64,000 nucleotides of DNA from Acidobacteriota bacterium (lineage in GTDB: Bacteria > Acidobacteriota > UBA6911), in assembly GCA_963664705.1 (NCBI GenBank), contig OY761556.1, forward strand, positions 2,272,001 through 2,336,000. The letters run 5' to 3'. The translations under genes were made by a program, and so were the position numbers. Below, piece after piece: positions 26,256-36,896 of this stretch; the stretch's first letter is position 1; each line of letters starts with the position of its first letter. The notes beneath the pieces are model-generated. The model was given only the letters and a program-made list of their open reading frames with translations. It did no database searches and was not told the DNA's origin.

Positions 26256-28878
26256 CCGCCCGAGCCTTCGAGACTTTGAGTTCTCAAGGGTCTTTCGAAA
26301 ACTCAAGATCTCGAAGGCTCGAATTGTATCCTTTCTTTCCGCCGCATTGTTTTGTTCCCTTTTCTCATTCGCCAAGGAGCCGACCGGGGATTGGACCGAA
26401 AGAACGCTGAAAAGCCTGTCTTTGCGGGAAAAGATCGGCCAGTTGGTCCAGATCCGCGTTCCGGGAAAGTTCCTCAACCGGCAAGGATACGAATACCGTT
26501 CGATCCAGGAACAGATAAAAAGGAATCATGTCGGCGGAGTTGTGCTGTTTGCAGGCAGCGTGTATGAATCCGCTATTCTACTGAACGAACTGCAGGTTTC
26601 ATCCAAGGTACCGCTGCTCGTCGCAGCCGATTTCGAGCGTGGATTGTCGTTCCGAATCAATGACACAACTCCGTTTCCATGGACAATGGCTCTCGGGGCT
26701 GCGGGATCCGAAGAGTTTGCGTACGAACAGGGCTTCATCACAGGGAAGGAATCAAGGGCGCTGGGAGTCCACTGGATCTTCGCGCCGGTTGTCGATGTAA
26801 ACAACAATCCCGACAACCCTGTCATTAATATCCGTTCATTTGCGGAAGATCCGGCGCTTGTTGCGCGCCTCGGCACGGCCTTTATCCGGGGGGCGAAAAA
26901 AGCGCAAGTCCTGACAACGGCAAAGCACTTCCCCGGGCATGGAGACACCAACACGGATTCTCATCTCGGGCTGGCTGTAGTCGAGTCCGATCTGGAACGG
27001 CTGCAGTCGGTCGAATTCATACCCTTCAAGGAAGCCATCCAGGCCGGCGTCGACTCCATTATGACCGCGCATGTAGCGGTCCCGAATCTGACGGACTCTC
27101 CGACCATCCCGGCAACGCTCTCATGGAAGGTTCTTACCGATGTGCTGCGAAACAGGTTGAAATTCGATGGACTCGTTGTCACCGACGCCCTGGAAATGGG
27201 AGGCATCACGGAAAGCTACTGGGGAGGGCTGGCGGCGGTGCGGGCCTTGGAGGCCGGCGCCGATGTTCTGCTCCTGCCCCCCAATGCAACGGTGGCTATC
27301 AACGAAGTGGAACGCGCCGTGCTGCGCGGGGATATTCCCGAATCCCGGATCAATGAGTCGGTACGCAAAATTCTGAATGCAAAATATCGTCTGGGGCTTC
27401 AGACCGTACGGACCGTACCGCTCAAGCAGGTCGCGGATGTCATTGCCTTGCCGAAAAGTGCGCAACTGGCCCAGCAGATTGCCGATCACTCCATCACGGT
27501 CGTCAAAGATGACCAGCGGCTGCTTCCGGTAAGCCCGTTGAAAGATCCACAGATTTTCAGCCTGGTCCTCGCCTCCGATTTCGAGTCGACTCCGGGATCT
27601 GCCTTCCAGTCGGAGCTAAAACGTCACTTCAGCACCGTGCGCACCGCCTGGGGCAATGCCCGAATCCCCGACGACGTGATCGCCGGAATTGAAAAAGGCA
27701 TTGCCGGGTCCGACCTCGTCATCTGCTCCACGCTTGCCCGTCTCAGCTCGGGACAGGATTCGCTGGCCCTGCCAATCGTTCAGCAGAGCATTTTAAAGAA
27801 ACTGGCGGACTCAAAAAAACCCTTCATCTGGATCGCCTTCGGCAACCCTTATGTGCTCCGCCTCGTTCCGGAAACAGGCACCTACATTTGCACATTCAGC
27901 TATTCGGAGGTTTCCCAGATCGCCGCAGCGAAAGCCATCGCGGGGGCTATCCCGGTCGCGGGTAAAATGCCGGTTTCAATTCCCGGGCACTCCAGGATTG
28001 GGGATGGTCTTCAGATTCCCAAGCTGCCCATGTTGCTCCCCTGGGCCCCTTCGTCCGATCGTTTCATTTCCAGTACGCAGTTGCTGGACTCACTCATCCG
28101 TAACGGCGTCTTCAGGAGCACAGAAGTCCTCGCTGGATACAAAGGCCAAGTGATATTCGATTACTGCGCGGGTAAAACAGGCTCAGGAAATCAGGCAAAC
28201 AATGTCTCGCCAAAGACGACTTTCGATTTGGCCTCGTTATCCAAAGTTATTGCCACCAGTTCGGCTGCAATGATGGCCATCGATTCCGGCATACTTCTAC
28301 CCAGGACTCTTGTACAGGACTATTTACCCGAGCTCGCATCTGATTCGGTGTCAAAACTTCGAGTACAGGAATTGCTGAAGGATTTTTCCCAGGCCAATAC
28401 CGCAACTATGAATTCCCGTGCGGCTATCCTGAACAAGATAGTGGCGCGCGCCTCGGGCATGTCCACAGAACGCTACCTGGCGGAAACGCTTTGGGAACCT
28501 TTGGAAATCGAGACCCGCACGACACCCGGATCAGCAAATCTGAGGCTCAACGGTCACGATCTGGCCGTCCTGGCCCAGATGATAATAAATAAAGGAATGT
28601 ATGATCATCATCGCTTCCTGAAGCCCGACACAATAGCCCGGTATACATCAACCCAAGGGCTCTGGTCGAAACCGGCCGATTATAGCTGGATGATTCCACT
28701 TTTTTCGACATCCGCATTCGGCCATTTCTCACAATCCGGCCCGATGCTCTGGATTGATCCGGCAAGACAGCTGTTTGTCATTTTGCTGACGGAACCGAAT
28801 TCTGAAGATGCGTCGCGGTCAGAGGCGCAAAGACGACTGATGGAATCTATCCTCGCGGAAATTGCGGACAATAAATGA
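26203..28878 (+). CDS. GH3 beta-N-acetylglucosaminidase fused to a shortened beta-lactamase/serine-hydrolase-like domain (start may be 26248)
   Basis: ADFERG, APVVDVNNNP, KHFPGHGD, IMTAH, VTDALEM; the C-terminal domain has FDLASLSK. Confidence 0.9.
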   Translation: MSTKIAKSGNLRKNRMHDRPSLRDFEFSRVFRKLKISKARIVSFLSAALFCSLFSFAKEPTGDWTERTLKSLSLREKIGQLVQIRVPGKFLNRQGYEYRSIQEQIKRNHVGGVVLFAGSVYESAILLNELQVSSKVPLLVAADFERGLSFRINDTTPFPWTMALGAAGSEEFAYEQGFITGKESRALGVHWIFAPVVDVNNNPDNPVINIRSFAEDPALVARLGTAFIRGAKKAQVLTTAKHFPGHGDTNTDSHLGLAVVESDLERLQSVEFIPFKEAIQAGVDSIMTAHVAVPNLTDSPTIPATLSWKVLTDVLRNRLKFDGLVVTDALEMGGITESYWGGLAAVRALEAGADVLLLPPNATVAINEVERAVLRGDIPESRINESVRKILNAKYRLGLQTVRTVPLKQVADVIALPKSAQLAQQIADHSITVVKDDQRLLPVSPLKDPQIFSLVLASDFESTPGSAFQSELKRHFSTVRTAWGNARIPDDVIAGIEKGIAGSDLVICSTLARLSSGQDSLALPIVQQSILKKLADSKKPFIWIAFGNPYVLRLVPETGTYICTFSYSEVSQIAAAKAIAGAIPVAGKMPVSIPGHSRIGDGLQIPKLPMLLPWAPSSDRFISSTQLLDSLIRNGVFRSTEVLAGYKGQVIFDYCAGKTGSGNQANNVSPKTTFDLASLSKVIATSSAAMMAIDSGILLPRTLVQDYLPELASDSVSKLRVQELLKDFSQANTATMNSRAAILNKIVARASGMSTERYLAETLWEPLEIETRTTPGSANLRLNGHDLAVLAQMIINKGMYDHHRFLKPDTIARYTSTQGLWSKPADYSWMIPLFSTSAFGHFSQSGPMLWIDPARQLFVILLTEPNSEDASRSEAQRRLMESILAEIADNK

Positions 28879-28944
28879 AACGGAGCATCGCTTCGAAATT
28901 CGTCGCATCCATTCCGGCATGCGCCATTCCCTGCTTTTAATTGC

Positions 28945-31473
28945 ATGGACTTGCTTCCCATTGACCGGCACCTGCCGGAAATAGTTGCCACTTTGCAAAC
29001 CGAGCGCGCACTGGTCATTTCTGCCCCGCCCGGGGCAGGAAAGACGACCCGCATTCCGCGAGCCCTCTATGATGCCGGATTTGCCGGCAAGGGCGAAATC
29101 GTCATACTGGAGCCCAGAAGGCTGGCGGCCCGCCTGTCCGCAGCCCGCGTCGCTCAAGAACTTGGAGCCCGGATCGGAGATACGGTGGGGTATACCATCC
29201 GCTTCGAAAATGCGGCTGGTCCAAACACGCGGATGCGATTTGTTACCGAAGCCATCCTGGCGCGCCAGATGGTTCGGGATCCCAACCTCAAAGGGATTGC
29301 GACCGTCATTCTGGATGAATTTCACGAACGCCATCTTGCCAATGATCTCGCTCTGGCGTTTTTAAGGCGATTGCAGGCGGTAAAATCCGGTCCGAAAATT
29401 GTTGTCATGTCGGCGACACTGGATGTTGAGCCTATTTGCAAATTCCTGCAAGCGCCGTCCCTGTCGGCGCCCGGTTCGCCTTTCGATCTATCGATTGAAT
29501 ATGAAGAGAGAGCCAGCGATCGCCCGCTTCACGAAAAAATCGCATTTGCGGCCACGCGGCTCATCCGCTCCGGATTGGCAGGCGATGTCCTGGCATTCCT
29601 TCCCGGTTCGGCGGAAATCCGCCGTGCGGCAGAAGCGCTGAAACCCGTGGTCGAAAAACACGGAATGCTGCTTTTCCCTCTTCACGGTGACCTTCCGATT
29701 GCGGAACAAAAACGGGCTATTGAACCGACGCATGCAAAGAAAATCATTCTTGCAACCAACGTAGCCGAAACCTCGATCACGATTCCAGGAATCGCCGCTG
29801 TCATTGATTCCGGGTTCGCCAGAATAGCAGGACACTCCCCCTGGAGCGGTTTTCAGACGCTCTCAACGATGAAAATTGCGAAATCGTCCGCCATTCAAAG
29901 AGCGGGACGGGCGGGGCGGACGCAAGCCGGGCAGGTTCTTCGCCTGTACACACGAGCGGATTTTGAATCGCGTCCCGAATATGAAACACCGGAAATCCGG
30001 AGAGTGGATCTTGCTGAAACAGCCCTGCTGCTGCACGGCGCGGGCATCCGTGATCTGCAATCCTTTCCATGGTACGAATCCCCTGCGCCGGCATCGATAG
30101 AGGCGGCAGAAACGCTTCTGCACAAACTGAATGCCCTTGACGATTCAGGCGCGATGACAGCCAGCGGCAAACAGATGCTTCAACTGCCGATACATCCTCG
30201 TCTGGCCAAGCTTGTAATTGAAGGTACGCGACTCGGTCTCGCCGAAGAAAGCATCCTGCTTGCGGCTCTTTTGTCGGAACGGGATATCCGGCTGAGCACA
30301 AGAACCAGTTTTGCTTCACCATCAGGAAGGCACCATGCGGCCGCGGCAGAATCGGATTTGATCGAACAACTGGATTCGTTTCAAAGTGCGGAAACCACGG
30401 GATTCGATGCAGCGAGCATGAAAGCATCCGGGCTGGATCCAGCCGCTATTCAAGCGGTTCGAAGGGGGCGCCTCCAATTACAGAAATTGCTTTCCCCCGG
30501 CCATCCAGCCGAGTCCGGCTTGCTGAGAACCGAGGATGAGGGTCTGCTCATCGCCACCCTGTCCGCATTCCCGGATCGGGTTTTTAGAAAGCGGAAACCA
30601 GACTCACGAGAACTGCTCATGGCAGGAGGAGGATCGGCCACTCTCTCCCAGACAAGTGTTGTCCATGCTCCCATGTTTGGCGTTGCCGTCGCCGCCGAAG
30701 AGCGTCGGGATCCGGCACAAAAGACAGCAGGCATCGTCGTTCGCCTCGCCTCGGCGATTGATATGGACTGGCTCGGAGCACTCTTCCCGAATGATATTCT
30801 TGAGAAGAAGGAGTTGATCTGGAATGATCGCGGCGGGAGAGTAGAAGAGGTTCGCAAAACCTCCTTTGGACAGATCCTATTGGAGGAAAGAATTCTTCCG
30901 GCTGAACCATCCGATGAAGCGGCGGCGATTTTGGAATCCGCCTTGTGGGCGCGTCAACTTGCCGATATTCGCGATGCCGATGCCCTCCCCGAACTCCAGG
31001 CCAGGCTCTCGCTGCTTTCTCAATATCTTCCTGAAGAAAAAATTGCAGAACCCGGGCAAGGAGAAATTCGGGAGGTCGTTCATGCTTTGTGCCGCGGCAA
31101 GACACGGCTGGATGCGCTTTCGAGTCTATCGCTGCCAGGCGCATTTCTGGCGACACTCACCGATCGAGAGCGTTCTCTGGTCAACCGGGAGACTCCGGAA
31201 CGAGTCAAACTCAAGGCAGGACGTTCGGTAAAGATTCACTATGAGTCCGGAAAGCCGCCGTGGATTGAATCCAGGCTGCAGGATTTTTTTGGGATGTCGG
31301 CATCCCCTGCCATTTGCAATGCACGGGTGCCCCTGACTATTCATTTGCTTGCCCCCAATGGCCGAGCAGTGCAGGTAACCAGCGATCTCGCCGGATTCTG
31401 GAAAAAGCACTATCCTTCCATCCGAAAGGAACTGCAGCGCCGCTATCCCAAACATGCCTGGCCGGAACTGTGA
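28945..31473 (+). CDS. hrpB: ATP-dependent helicase HrpB
   Basis: APPGAGKTT, LEPRRLAAR, DEFHER, MSATL, ATNVAETSITI, QRAGRAGR, C-terminal RYPKHAWP. Confidence 0.95.
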   Translation: MDLLPIDRHLPEIVATLQTERALVISAPPGAGKTTRIPRALYDAGFAGKGEIVILEPRRLAARLSAARVAQELGARIGDTVGYTIRFENAAGPNTRMRFVTEAILARQMVRDPNLKGIATVILDEFHERHLANDLALAFLRRLQAVKSGPKIVVMSATLDVEPICKFLQAPSLSAPGSPFDLSIEYEERASDRPLHEKIAFAATRLIRSGLAGDVLAFLPGSAEIRRAAEALKPVVEKHGMLLFPLHGDLPIAEQKRAIEPTHAKKIILATNVAETSITIPGIAAVIDSGFARIAGHSPWSGFQTLSTMKIAKSSAIQRAGRAGRTQAGQVLRLYTRADFESRPEYETPEIRRVDLAETALLLHGAGIRDLQSFPWYESPAPASIEAAETLLHKLNALDDSGAMTASGKQMLQLPIHPRLAKLVIEGTRLGLAEESILLAALLSERDIRLSTRTSFASPSGRHHAAAAESDLIEQLDSFQSAETTGFDAASMKASGLDPAAIQAVRRGRLQLQKLLSPGHPAESGLLRTEDEGLLIATLSAFPDRVFRKRKPDSRELLMAGGGSATLSQTSVVHAPMFGVAVAAEERRDPAQKTAGIVVRLASAIDMDWLGALFPNDILEKKELIWNDRGGRVEEVRKTSFGQILLEERILPAEPSDEAAAILESALWARQLADIRDADALPELQARLSLLSQYLPEEKIAEPGQGEIREVVHALCRGKTRLDALSSLSLPGAFLATLTDRERSLVNRETPERVKLKAGRSVKIHYESGKPPWIESRLQDFFGMSASPAICNARVPLTIHLLAPNGRAVQVTSDLAGFWKKHYPSIRKELQRRYPKHAWPEL

Positions 31474-31590
31474 TGCCCCGGCAGTTCGTGGCCACCCGCT
31501 TGAACTTGCATGAAAGTTGGCCGATACTACACCCGTTCGCAGTTGTGAATTCAAAGCTATAAACGCATCATGCACCTGAAGGAGTATTCG

Positions 31591-32361
31591 ATGAAAAAGT
31601 CAGTAACGCGTACCGCTGTTTTTGTTCTTTCCGCCATACTCATACTGGCGGCCGGCGCTTTGCAGAATGCCAAAGCGCAGATTTTTACCCAGGACCTGAC
31701 AATGCATACAACAAGCACAAGCCCGGGCATGGGCGGCAGAGGCGGCGGCACAACGACTGGAACCGAATATTTCAGCAAGAATGCTACCAAAGTGACCTCT
31801 TCGGATGGAAACGATACCATCGTTCGTTTTGACGCCGAGAAGATCATTCTTATCGACAATAAACAGAAGACCTATAGCGAGATGACCTTTAAACAGTTGC
31901 AGGAGATGGTCAGCCAGGCAAGCGCCGTCCTCGGTCAATTGAGCGGAGAACAGGCTGCGGCGATGAAGAAAATGATGGGAGGCCAGATGTCTGCTCCGGT
32001 CTCGCTCGCCAAGCAGGGTCCCGGTGAAACGATTGCAGGATATGCCACGGAGAAATACCTTCTTCAGGGCCCCATGGAAATGGAAATTCATTCTGCGTCC
32101 GCACTCAAAATCCCCTCGGCTTATTACGACATCATGAAGATCCGGATGCCGGCGAACCCGCTGTTCGATATGGGCAAGATGATCGAGGAAATGAAAAAGA
32201 TCAACGGCATCCCGCTCAAAACCGTCACCATTATGCGTATGATGGGGCAGGAAATGAAGACCACAAAGGTTGTCACTTCTGTTGACAAGGGCTCCATACC
32301 GGCTTCCATATTCGAGGTGCCGGCAGGCTACAAATCAGTTCCATTCAAGATTGGCCAATAA
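31591..32361 (+). CDS. Exported DUF4412-like protein
   Basis: AAGGAG RBS and signal peptide. ETIAGYATEKY, GIPLKT, terminal FEVPAGYK. Confidence 0.75.
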   Translation: MKKSVTRTAVFVLSAILILAAGALQNAKAQIFTQDLTMHTTSTSPGMGGRGGGTTTGTEYFSKNATKVTSSDGNDTIVRFDAEKIILIDNKQKTYSEMTFKQLQEMVSQASAVLGQLSGEQAAAMKKMMGGQMSAPVSLAKQGPGETIAGYATEKYLLQGPMEMEIHSASALKIPSAYYDIMKIRMPANPLFDMGKMIEEMKKINGIPLKTVTIMRMMGQEMKTTKVVTSVDKGSIPASIFEVPAGYKSVPFKIGQ

Positions 32362-32411
32362 CCAAGCTGGGAGCGCCTGCCTGGTTGCAAAAAGGCGCAC
32401 CCGAATGGGAG

Positions 32412-32447
32412 CCTTGGAGTGCGGTGGCAGGCCGCCGCACTCCAAGG
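32412..32447. repeat. REP-like hairpin between convergent genes, possibly a bidirectional terminator
   Basis: CCTTGGAGTGCGGTGGC / GCCGCCGCACTCCAAGG arms with one G-T pair. Confidence 0.75.
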
Positions 32448-32457
32448 GCTTCGCCAG

Positions 32458-34980
32458 CTATAAAGCACGCACGCGTTCTTCGAGGTCCTGCGCGATACGG
32501 GCGGCATCCGTGTCCGATTCATACCGTACCGGAACTCCTATCCGGACTCTGACGCGCCCCGGCAAAGCAAATATTCGTTTTTGCCTTCTCATCTCGAACA
32601 ATCCGTCAATTCGCATGGGAACAACGGGCACACCAAGTTCTGCGGCCAGAATTCCAATTCCTGTCCGGAATGAATCCATATTGCCATCCTGGGTCCGTTT
32701 CCCTTCCGGGAAGACGAGTACGGACCAACCGCGGTCCATGGATTCTCCCGCAAAGGAAAAACTCCCTCGAAAACCGCTTTTCTGCGGCAACGGAAAGACA
32801 TTAAACAAGGCAACAACAAGGCCGCAGGCCAGTCTTTTCATCCAGCCTCGCAGCCGTCCCTCCCGTGCGGGTGGATGCCGCATCTCCTGCAGCATTTCGC
32901 CGTTCATTGCCACTGCAACCCGATGTCGCAAACGGAATGGGAGCGCGGCCAGAATGAACCCGATATCAACCCTGGTGACGTGATTGGAAAGCAACAGGAG
33001 CGGTCCGCGCAGTTTTCTCAGATTCCCGCGTCCCTCAATCCGCGGGGAGGCCAACATGTGCGTTGCCGGCCAAACCAGCAGATAATAGACCCAGAGCCGG
33101 AACCAGGTTACCGGGGCCTTCTGAGCCCATTTCGAATAGGCAACCGCTTCTGGTGGCACAGGTCGATGCAGCATCCGATCGAGATCTCCAACCGTCCGCG
33201 CGGTCGCGAGAGCCGATTCATCCAAATCCACCTGAAACCGGTCTTCGAGTACGCTGAGCAATTCCACTCTTTCGATAGAGCTGAGATTCAGGTCAATGCT
33301 CAGATCTGTCTCGCTCCCAATGCGACCGATCTGTCGGCCGGTAATCTCGCGGATCAGAGCTGCGAGCATACCGGGGCTGTGTTCTTTCTGGGCGGCATCA
33401 GATAATTGCGCCTGAACGAAATCATGAATTGCAGGCATCTGTGGTTTTTGAGTGGAAGTCCTTGGAAAATCATCCTCGGGCCAAACAAACCAGCATCGAA
33501 CCTGCTGATGCTGCGCCAGCAATAGATTGGTTCGTCGGACTATGGCTTCCGGAGAGTGGTTTCCGGGACGGAGCACCAGGACCGCACAGGGTTCTGCATT
33601 CCCATTTTTTTCCGCTCCCAGCACAACACAGTCTCGCACCTCCGGCTGACGGCGAAATTCGACTTCCAGGTCTTCGGGATAAACATTCATCCCCTCGGCG
33701 GTCACAATCATGCTCTTGCGACGCCCTTTGAAATACAGGTTTCCCCGGGAATCCAATGCTCCGATATCGCCGGTATGAAACCAACCGTCCTCACCTGACA
33801 CCGGCCTGTTCTCCGATCCCTGCACATAACTCTTGGCAATGCTGGCACCACGAACAAGTATTTCTCCATCCGGAGCAAGCTTTAGTTCCCGTCCGGGCAG
33901 GACTTTTCCGATGGATCCCTTTCCCAATTTCATCGGATGATTCAGGCTGATCAGTGAAGTGGTTTCGGTAAGGCCATACCCTTGAATGACGGCAAACCCG
34001 AGCCGGCCCCAGAATTGCTCCGTATCCGCACTGAGGCTGGCACCGCCGGAAATCAACGCCCAAAATTTCCACCCCAGTTGATTGTGAATGCCGCGGAAGC
34101 GCCACCAACGGCGGAGAAAATGCTCTTCCTCGGCCGCCTTGAATTGCCGGACAAATGCATCCGAAGCCATTTTTGCTTTCAGATCGTGCTCGAATTTATC
34201 GCGAAGACTGTCCAGAATTCTGGGCACAGCAATGAGAACGGATATTTTCTCGCGTTTTATTGTACGGACAATTTCCGTGGGATTCAGGCTGTCCTGAAAA
34301 ACCACAACGCTTCCCAATATCTGCGGAATGAACAAACCGAGGAACTGTCCGAACACATGGCTGAGCGGCAGGAGATTCAAAAAGCGCAGCGGGTGAACGA
34401 CTCTCTCATATTTCAGGTATTTGCGAATTTCCCGATCAAGCGGCTCCAGATTTGCGAGAACATTCCGGTGGCTCAGAACCACACCCTTTGGAATTGCTGT
34501 GGTTCCAGAGGTAAAAACGATCTCCACAGGGTCTGAAGCCTTCAAGATTTCGGTCGGGAAAGGCTCCGAAGAATGGAGTGCCAGTAATTCAGATAATGAA
34601 TCCAGCAGGAGGGTTGGACACGCAGCCTCCGGCATCTGAAGATCTCGAGAGCGAATGCAAAGCCTGGTATCCGTCTGCAGACAAACGCGGTGTACGAATT
34701 CCGAAGAAGCGGCGCGATCCATTGGCACAACAATGGCGCCCCGCAGGATACATCCGAAGAAGCAGACTGCCCACTCGGGAGAATTATCGCCCCAGAGGAT
34801 GATCTTGTCTCCAGGGCCAATTCCCCTCTTGAGCAACTCCCTCGCCAATTGACGGCTGGCTTTTCCGATCTGCCGGTAGGACCATCGCTGGATTCGATAG
34901 CCACGCCGGATCACGTACGCTGTTTCGTTGCCCCGGCCATAGAAATTCTCTACGATCTGAGCCAGCGTTGGTTCTTGCAT
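32458..34980 (-). CDS. Long-chain acyl-CoA synthetase / acyl carrier / PlsC-type acyltransferase fusion
   Basis: FTSGTTAIPKG, GYGLTET, FHTGDIG (adenylation); LNLSSIERVEL (carrier Ser); NHVTRVD and FPEGKRT (acyltransferase). Confidence 0.9.
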   Translation of the reverse strand: MQEPTLAQIVENFYGRGNETAYVIRRGYRIQRWSYRQIGKASRQLARELLKRGIGPGDKIILWGDNSPEWAVCFFGCILRGAIVVPMDRAASSEFVHRVCLQTDTRLCIRSRDLQMPEAACPTLLLDSLSELLALHSSEPFPTEILKASDPVEIVFTSGTTAIPKGVVLSHRNVLANLEPLDREIRKYLKYERVVHPLRFLNLLPLSHVFGQFLGLFIPQILGSVVVFQDSLNPTEIVRTIKREKISVLIAVPRILDSLRDKFEHDLKAKMASDAFVRQFKAAEEEHFLRRWWRFRGIHNQLGWKFWALISGGASLSADTEQFWGRLGFAVIQGYGLTETTSLISLNHPMKLGKGSIGKVLPGRELKLAPDGEILVRGASIAKSYVQGSENRPVSGEDGWFHTGDIGALDSRGNLYFKGRRKSMIVTAEGMNVYPEDLEVEFRRQPEVRDCVVLGAEKNGNAEPCAVLVLRPGNHSPEAIVRRTNLLLAQHQQVRCWFVWPEDDFPRTSTQKPQMPAIHDFVQAQLSDAAQKEHSPGMLAALIREITGRQIGRIGSETDLSIDLNLSSIERVELLSVLEDRFQVDLDESALATARTVGDLDRMLHRPVPPEAVAYSKWAQKAPVTWFRLWVYYLLVWPATHMLASPRIEGRGNLRKLRGPLLLLSNHVTRVDIGFILAALPFRLRHRVAVAMNGEMLQEMRHPPAREGRLRGWMKRLACGLVVALFNVFPLPQKSGFRGSFSFAGESMDRGWSVLVFPEGKRTQDGNMDSFRTGIGILAAELGVPVVPMRIDGLFEMRRQKRIFALPGRVRVRIGVPVRYESDTDAARIAQDLEERVRAL

Positions 34981-34998
34981 GTCTTCTCGAAGAGTTTG

Positions 34999-35559
34999 TC
35001 AGATCGGCCGAACGTCGGAAGCATCGATCTCCACGGAAACAGCCTGTCGAATCAGATCGACCTGGATAACGAAGCGGAATCTCCCCCGCTTCTCAACCAG
35101 CAGTCCATGGATCCCTTTCAAAGGGCCGGCGGTCACCTCTACACGCGTGCCGATCTGCATATACGGATAGGGATCGACCGCAATGCTGGATTCCAGGAAC
35201 TTTCTTACATATTCGATCTGCTCATCGGGGATCACGTCGGCGTGCCCTTCCAGTCCGACAAACCTGACAGCTCCGGGAATGTTAAGGATCCTGAAGCGGT
35301 TTTCAGGAGAATCCACATGATTTACAAAAATGTATCCGGAGAAGAGTGGAATCCAGATCCTTTTTTTTCTGTCCTTCCAGCGGCTGAGCACTTCGCGCAT
35401 GGGAAGAAACACTTCAATATTCCTATCCGTTAGTTCGCCGAGCATCTTCTTTTCGAAACGACTGCGGGTATACAAGGCAAACCATTGAGATTTCCGAATA
35501 TTCTGTTCAGCGGTGTTTACAAGCGCATGGTCGACGGGATGGTCAGGTTTGATAATCAT
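34999..35559 (-). CDS. UpxY/RfaH/LoaP-type NusG paralog (antiterminator)
   Basis: WFALYTRSRFEKK, WKDRKKRIWIPLFSGYIF, KOW motif VEVTAGPLKG. Start uncertain. Confidence 0.88.
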   Translation of the reverse strand: MIIKPDHPVDHALVNTAEQNIRKSQWFALYTRSRFEKKMLGELTDRNIEVFLPMREVLSRWKDRKKRIWIPLFSGYIFVNHVDSPENRFRILNIPGAVRFVGLEGHADVIPDEQIEYVRKFLESSIAVDPYPYMQIGTRVEVTAGPLKGIHGLLVEKRGRFRFVIQVDLIRQAVSVEIDASDVRPI

Positions 35560-35793
35560 TTTTCCCGAAACTGCGACGAAAATCCATTCGATCCCCTGAA
35601 TGGAATGGAAATCCAACTTTGGCTAAGGCCCTGAATCAGGGCGTTTCGATTTCGCGTTGACTATAGCCGCTGGCCCCGGCACTGTCAAGTTGACACTCGG
35701 TATCTATTTGATCCTTTGAGTCTTCGGGACTTCAGGTTAAACTCAAATGCTTGTGAGTCGCTTGTGTTTTCGAGTGCGGTGGAGGTTGTTTTG

Positions 35794-36762
35794 ATGCCGG
35801 TGATTGTGGATGCCTTTGATGTGAATGCCCTGGTAACTGCGGCGGGGGTTATCCGAAAAGGGGGACTGGTCGCGTTCCCCACCGAAACGGTGTATGGGCT
35901 TGGCGCCGATGCAAGCAATCCTATCGCGGTAGCCGGGATTTTCGAAGCGAAGGCGCGACCCAAGATTGACCCTGTAATCGTCCATGTCTCAGATCCGGCC
36001 ATGGCCGCAAAATATGGAATATTTCCTCCAGCAGCCCTGCCCCTGATGAATCACTTTTGGCCGGGCGCTCTTACCTTGGTTGTACCCAAAACAACGGCGG
36101 TGCCGTCCATTGTCACCGCGGGTCTCGACACCGTGGCGATACGTGTTCCATCCCACCCGGCCGCGCTGGCATTCCTGCGAGCCTGCGGCTGCGCCATCGC
36201 CGCCCCCAGCGCCAACGCATTCGGATATGCCAGCCCGACCACAGCCCAGCATGTTGCAGAAAGCCTGGGAAACAAGGTTGATCTGATTCTGGATGGCGGT
36301 CCATGCTCGATTGGAGTGGAATCCACCATTGTTTCGCTATCCGGCCCTATTCCCGCAGTTCTGCGCGCAGGAGGCGTTCCGGTTGAGGAACTCTCCTCGA
36401 TCGTGGGAGAAATAAGGGTGCTGATCGGGACGGAGGAGCGGCCTGTGGTACCGGGCCAGTTGAGGCGGCATTATGCCACGCGCACGCCGCTGGAGATCGT
36501 GGATGAAAACGCTGAAGTGTTGAATCCATCCGAACAAATTGGGCTGCTCTGCCTGGTCGAACCTGCAAATCGATTACCCTATAAAGCCATAGAGATTCTT
36601 TCGCCCTCCGGCAATCTTCGTGAAGCCGCGGCCAACTTCTTTGGTGCACTTCGGCGACTGGACGCTTTATCCCTGGATAGAATTATTGCCAGGCCACTGC
36701 CGCAGCAAGGGCTGGGGCTTGCCCTCATGGATCGTCTGCAGCGAGCCGCAGCCCGAGAGTAG
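35794..36762 (+). CDS. sua5: L-threonylcarbamoyladenylate synthase (Sua5 type)
   Basis: VAFPTETVYGLG, FWPGAL, AAPSAN, GVESTI, PGQLRRHYA, DRLQRAA. Confidence 0.94.
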   Translation: MPVIVDAFDVNALVTAAGVIRKGGLVAFPTETVYGLGADASNPIAVAGIFEAKARPKIDPVIVHVSDPAMAAKYGIFPPAALPLMNHFWPGALTLVVPKTTAVPSIVTAGLDTVAIRVPSHPAALAFLRACGCAIAAPSANAFGYASPTTAQHVAESLGNKVDLILDGGPCSIGVESTIVSLSGPIPAVLRAGGVPVEELSSIVGEIRVLIGTEERPVVPGQLRRHYATRTPLEIVDENAEVLNPSEQIGLLCLVEPANRLPYKAIEILSPSGNLREAAANFFGALRRLDALSLDRIIARPLPQQGLGLALMDRLQRAAARE

Positions 36763-36896
36763 TTCTCATGCCGCCAGGTATTGTTTGTATTTCCTTGCGG
36801 TGGAGGAGCGCGAAAACTCGTGCTAAGATCGAGAGGATGTTTGACTGTAACGTTCTTGAAACCCACGAAGCTCACGAGCGGCACCGAAGATAAACC

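Noticed and set aside
36763-36896. yybP-ykoY (Mn2+) riboswitch expected upstream of terC/alx
   Set aside because: The conserved GGGGAGUAG and CGUCA/AGACC elements are not visible; a cmsearch against RF00080 would be needed.
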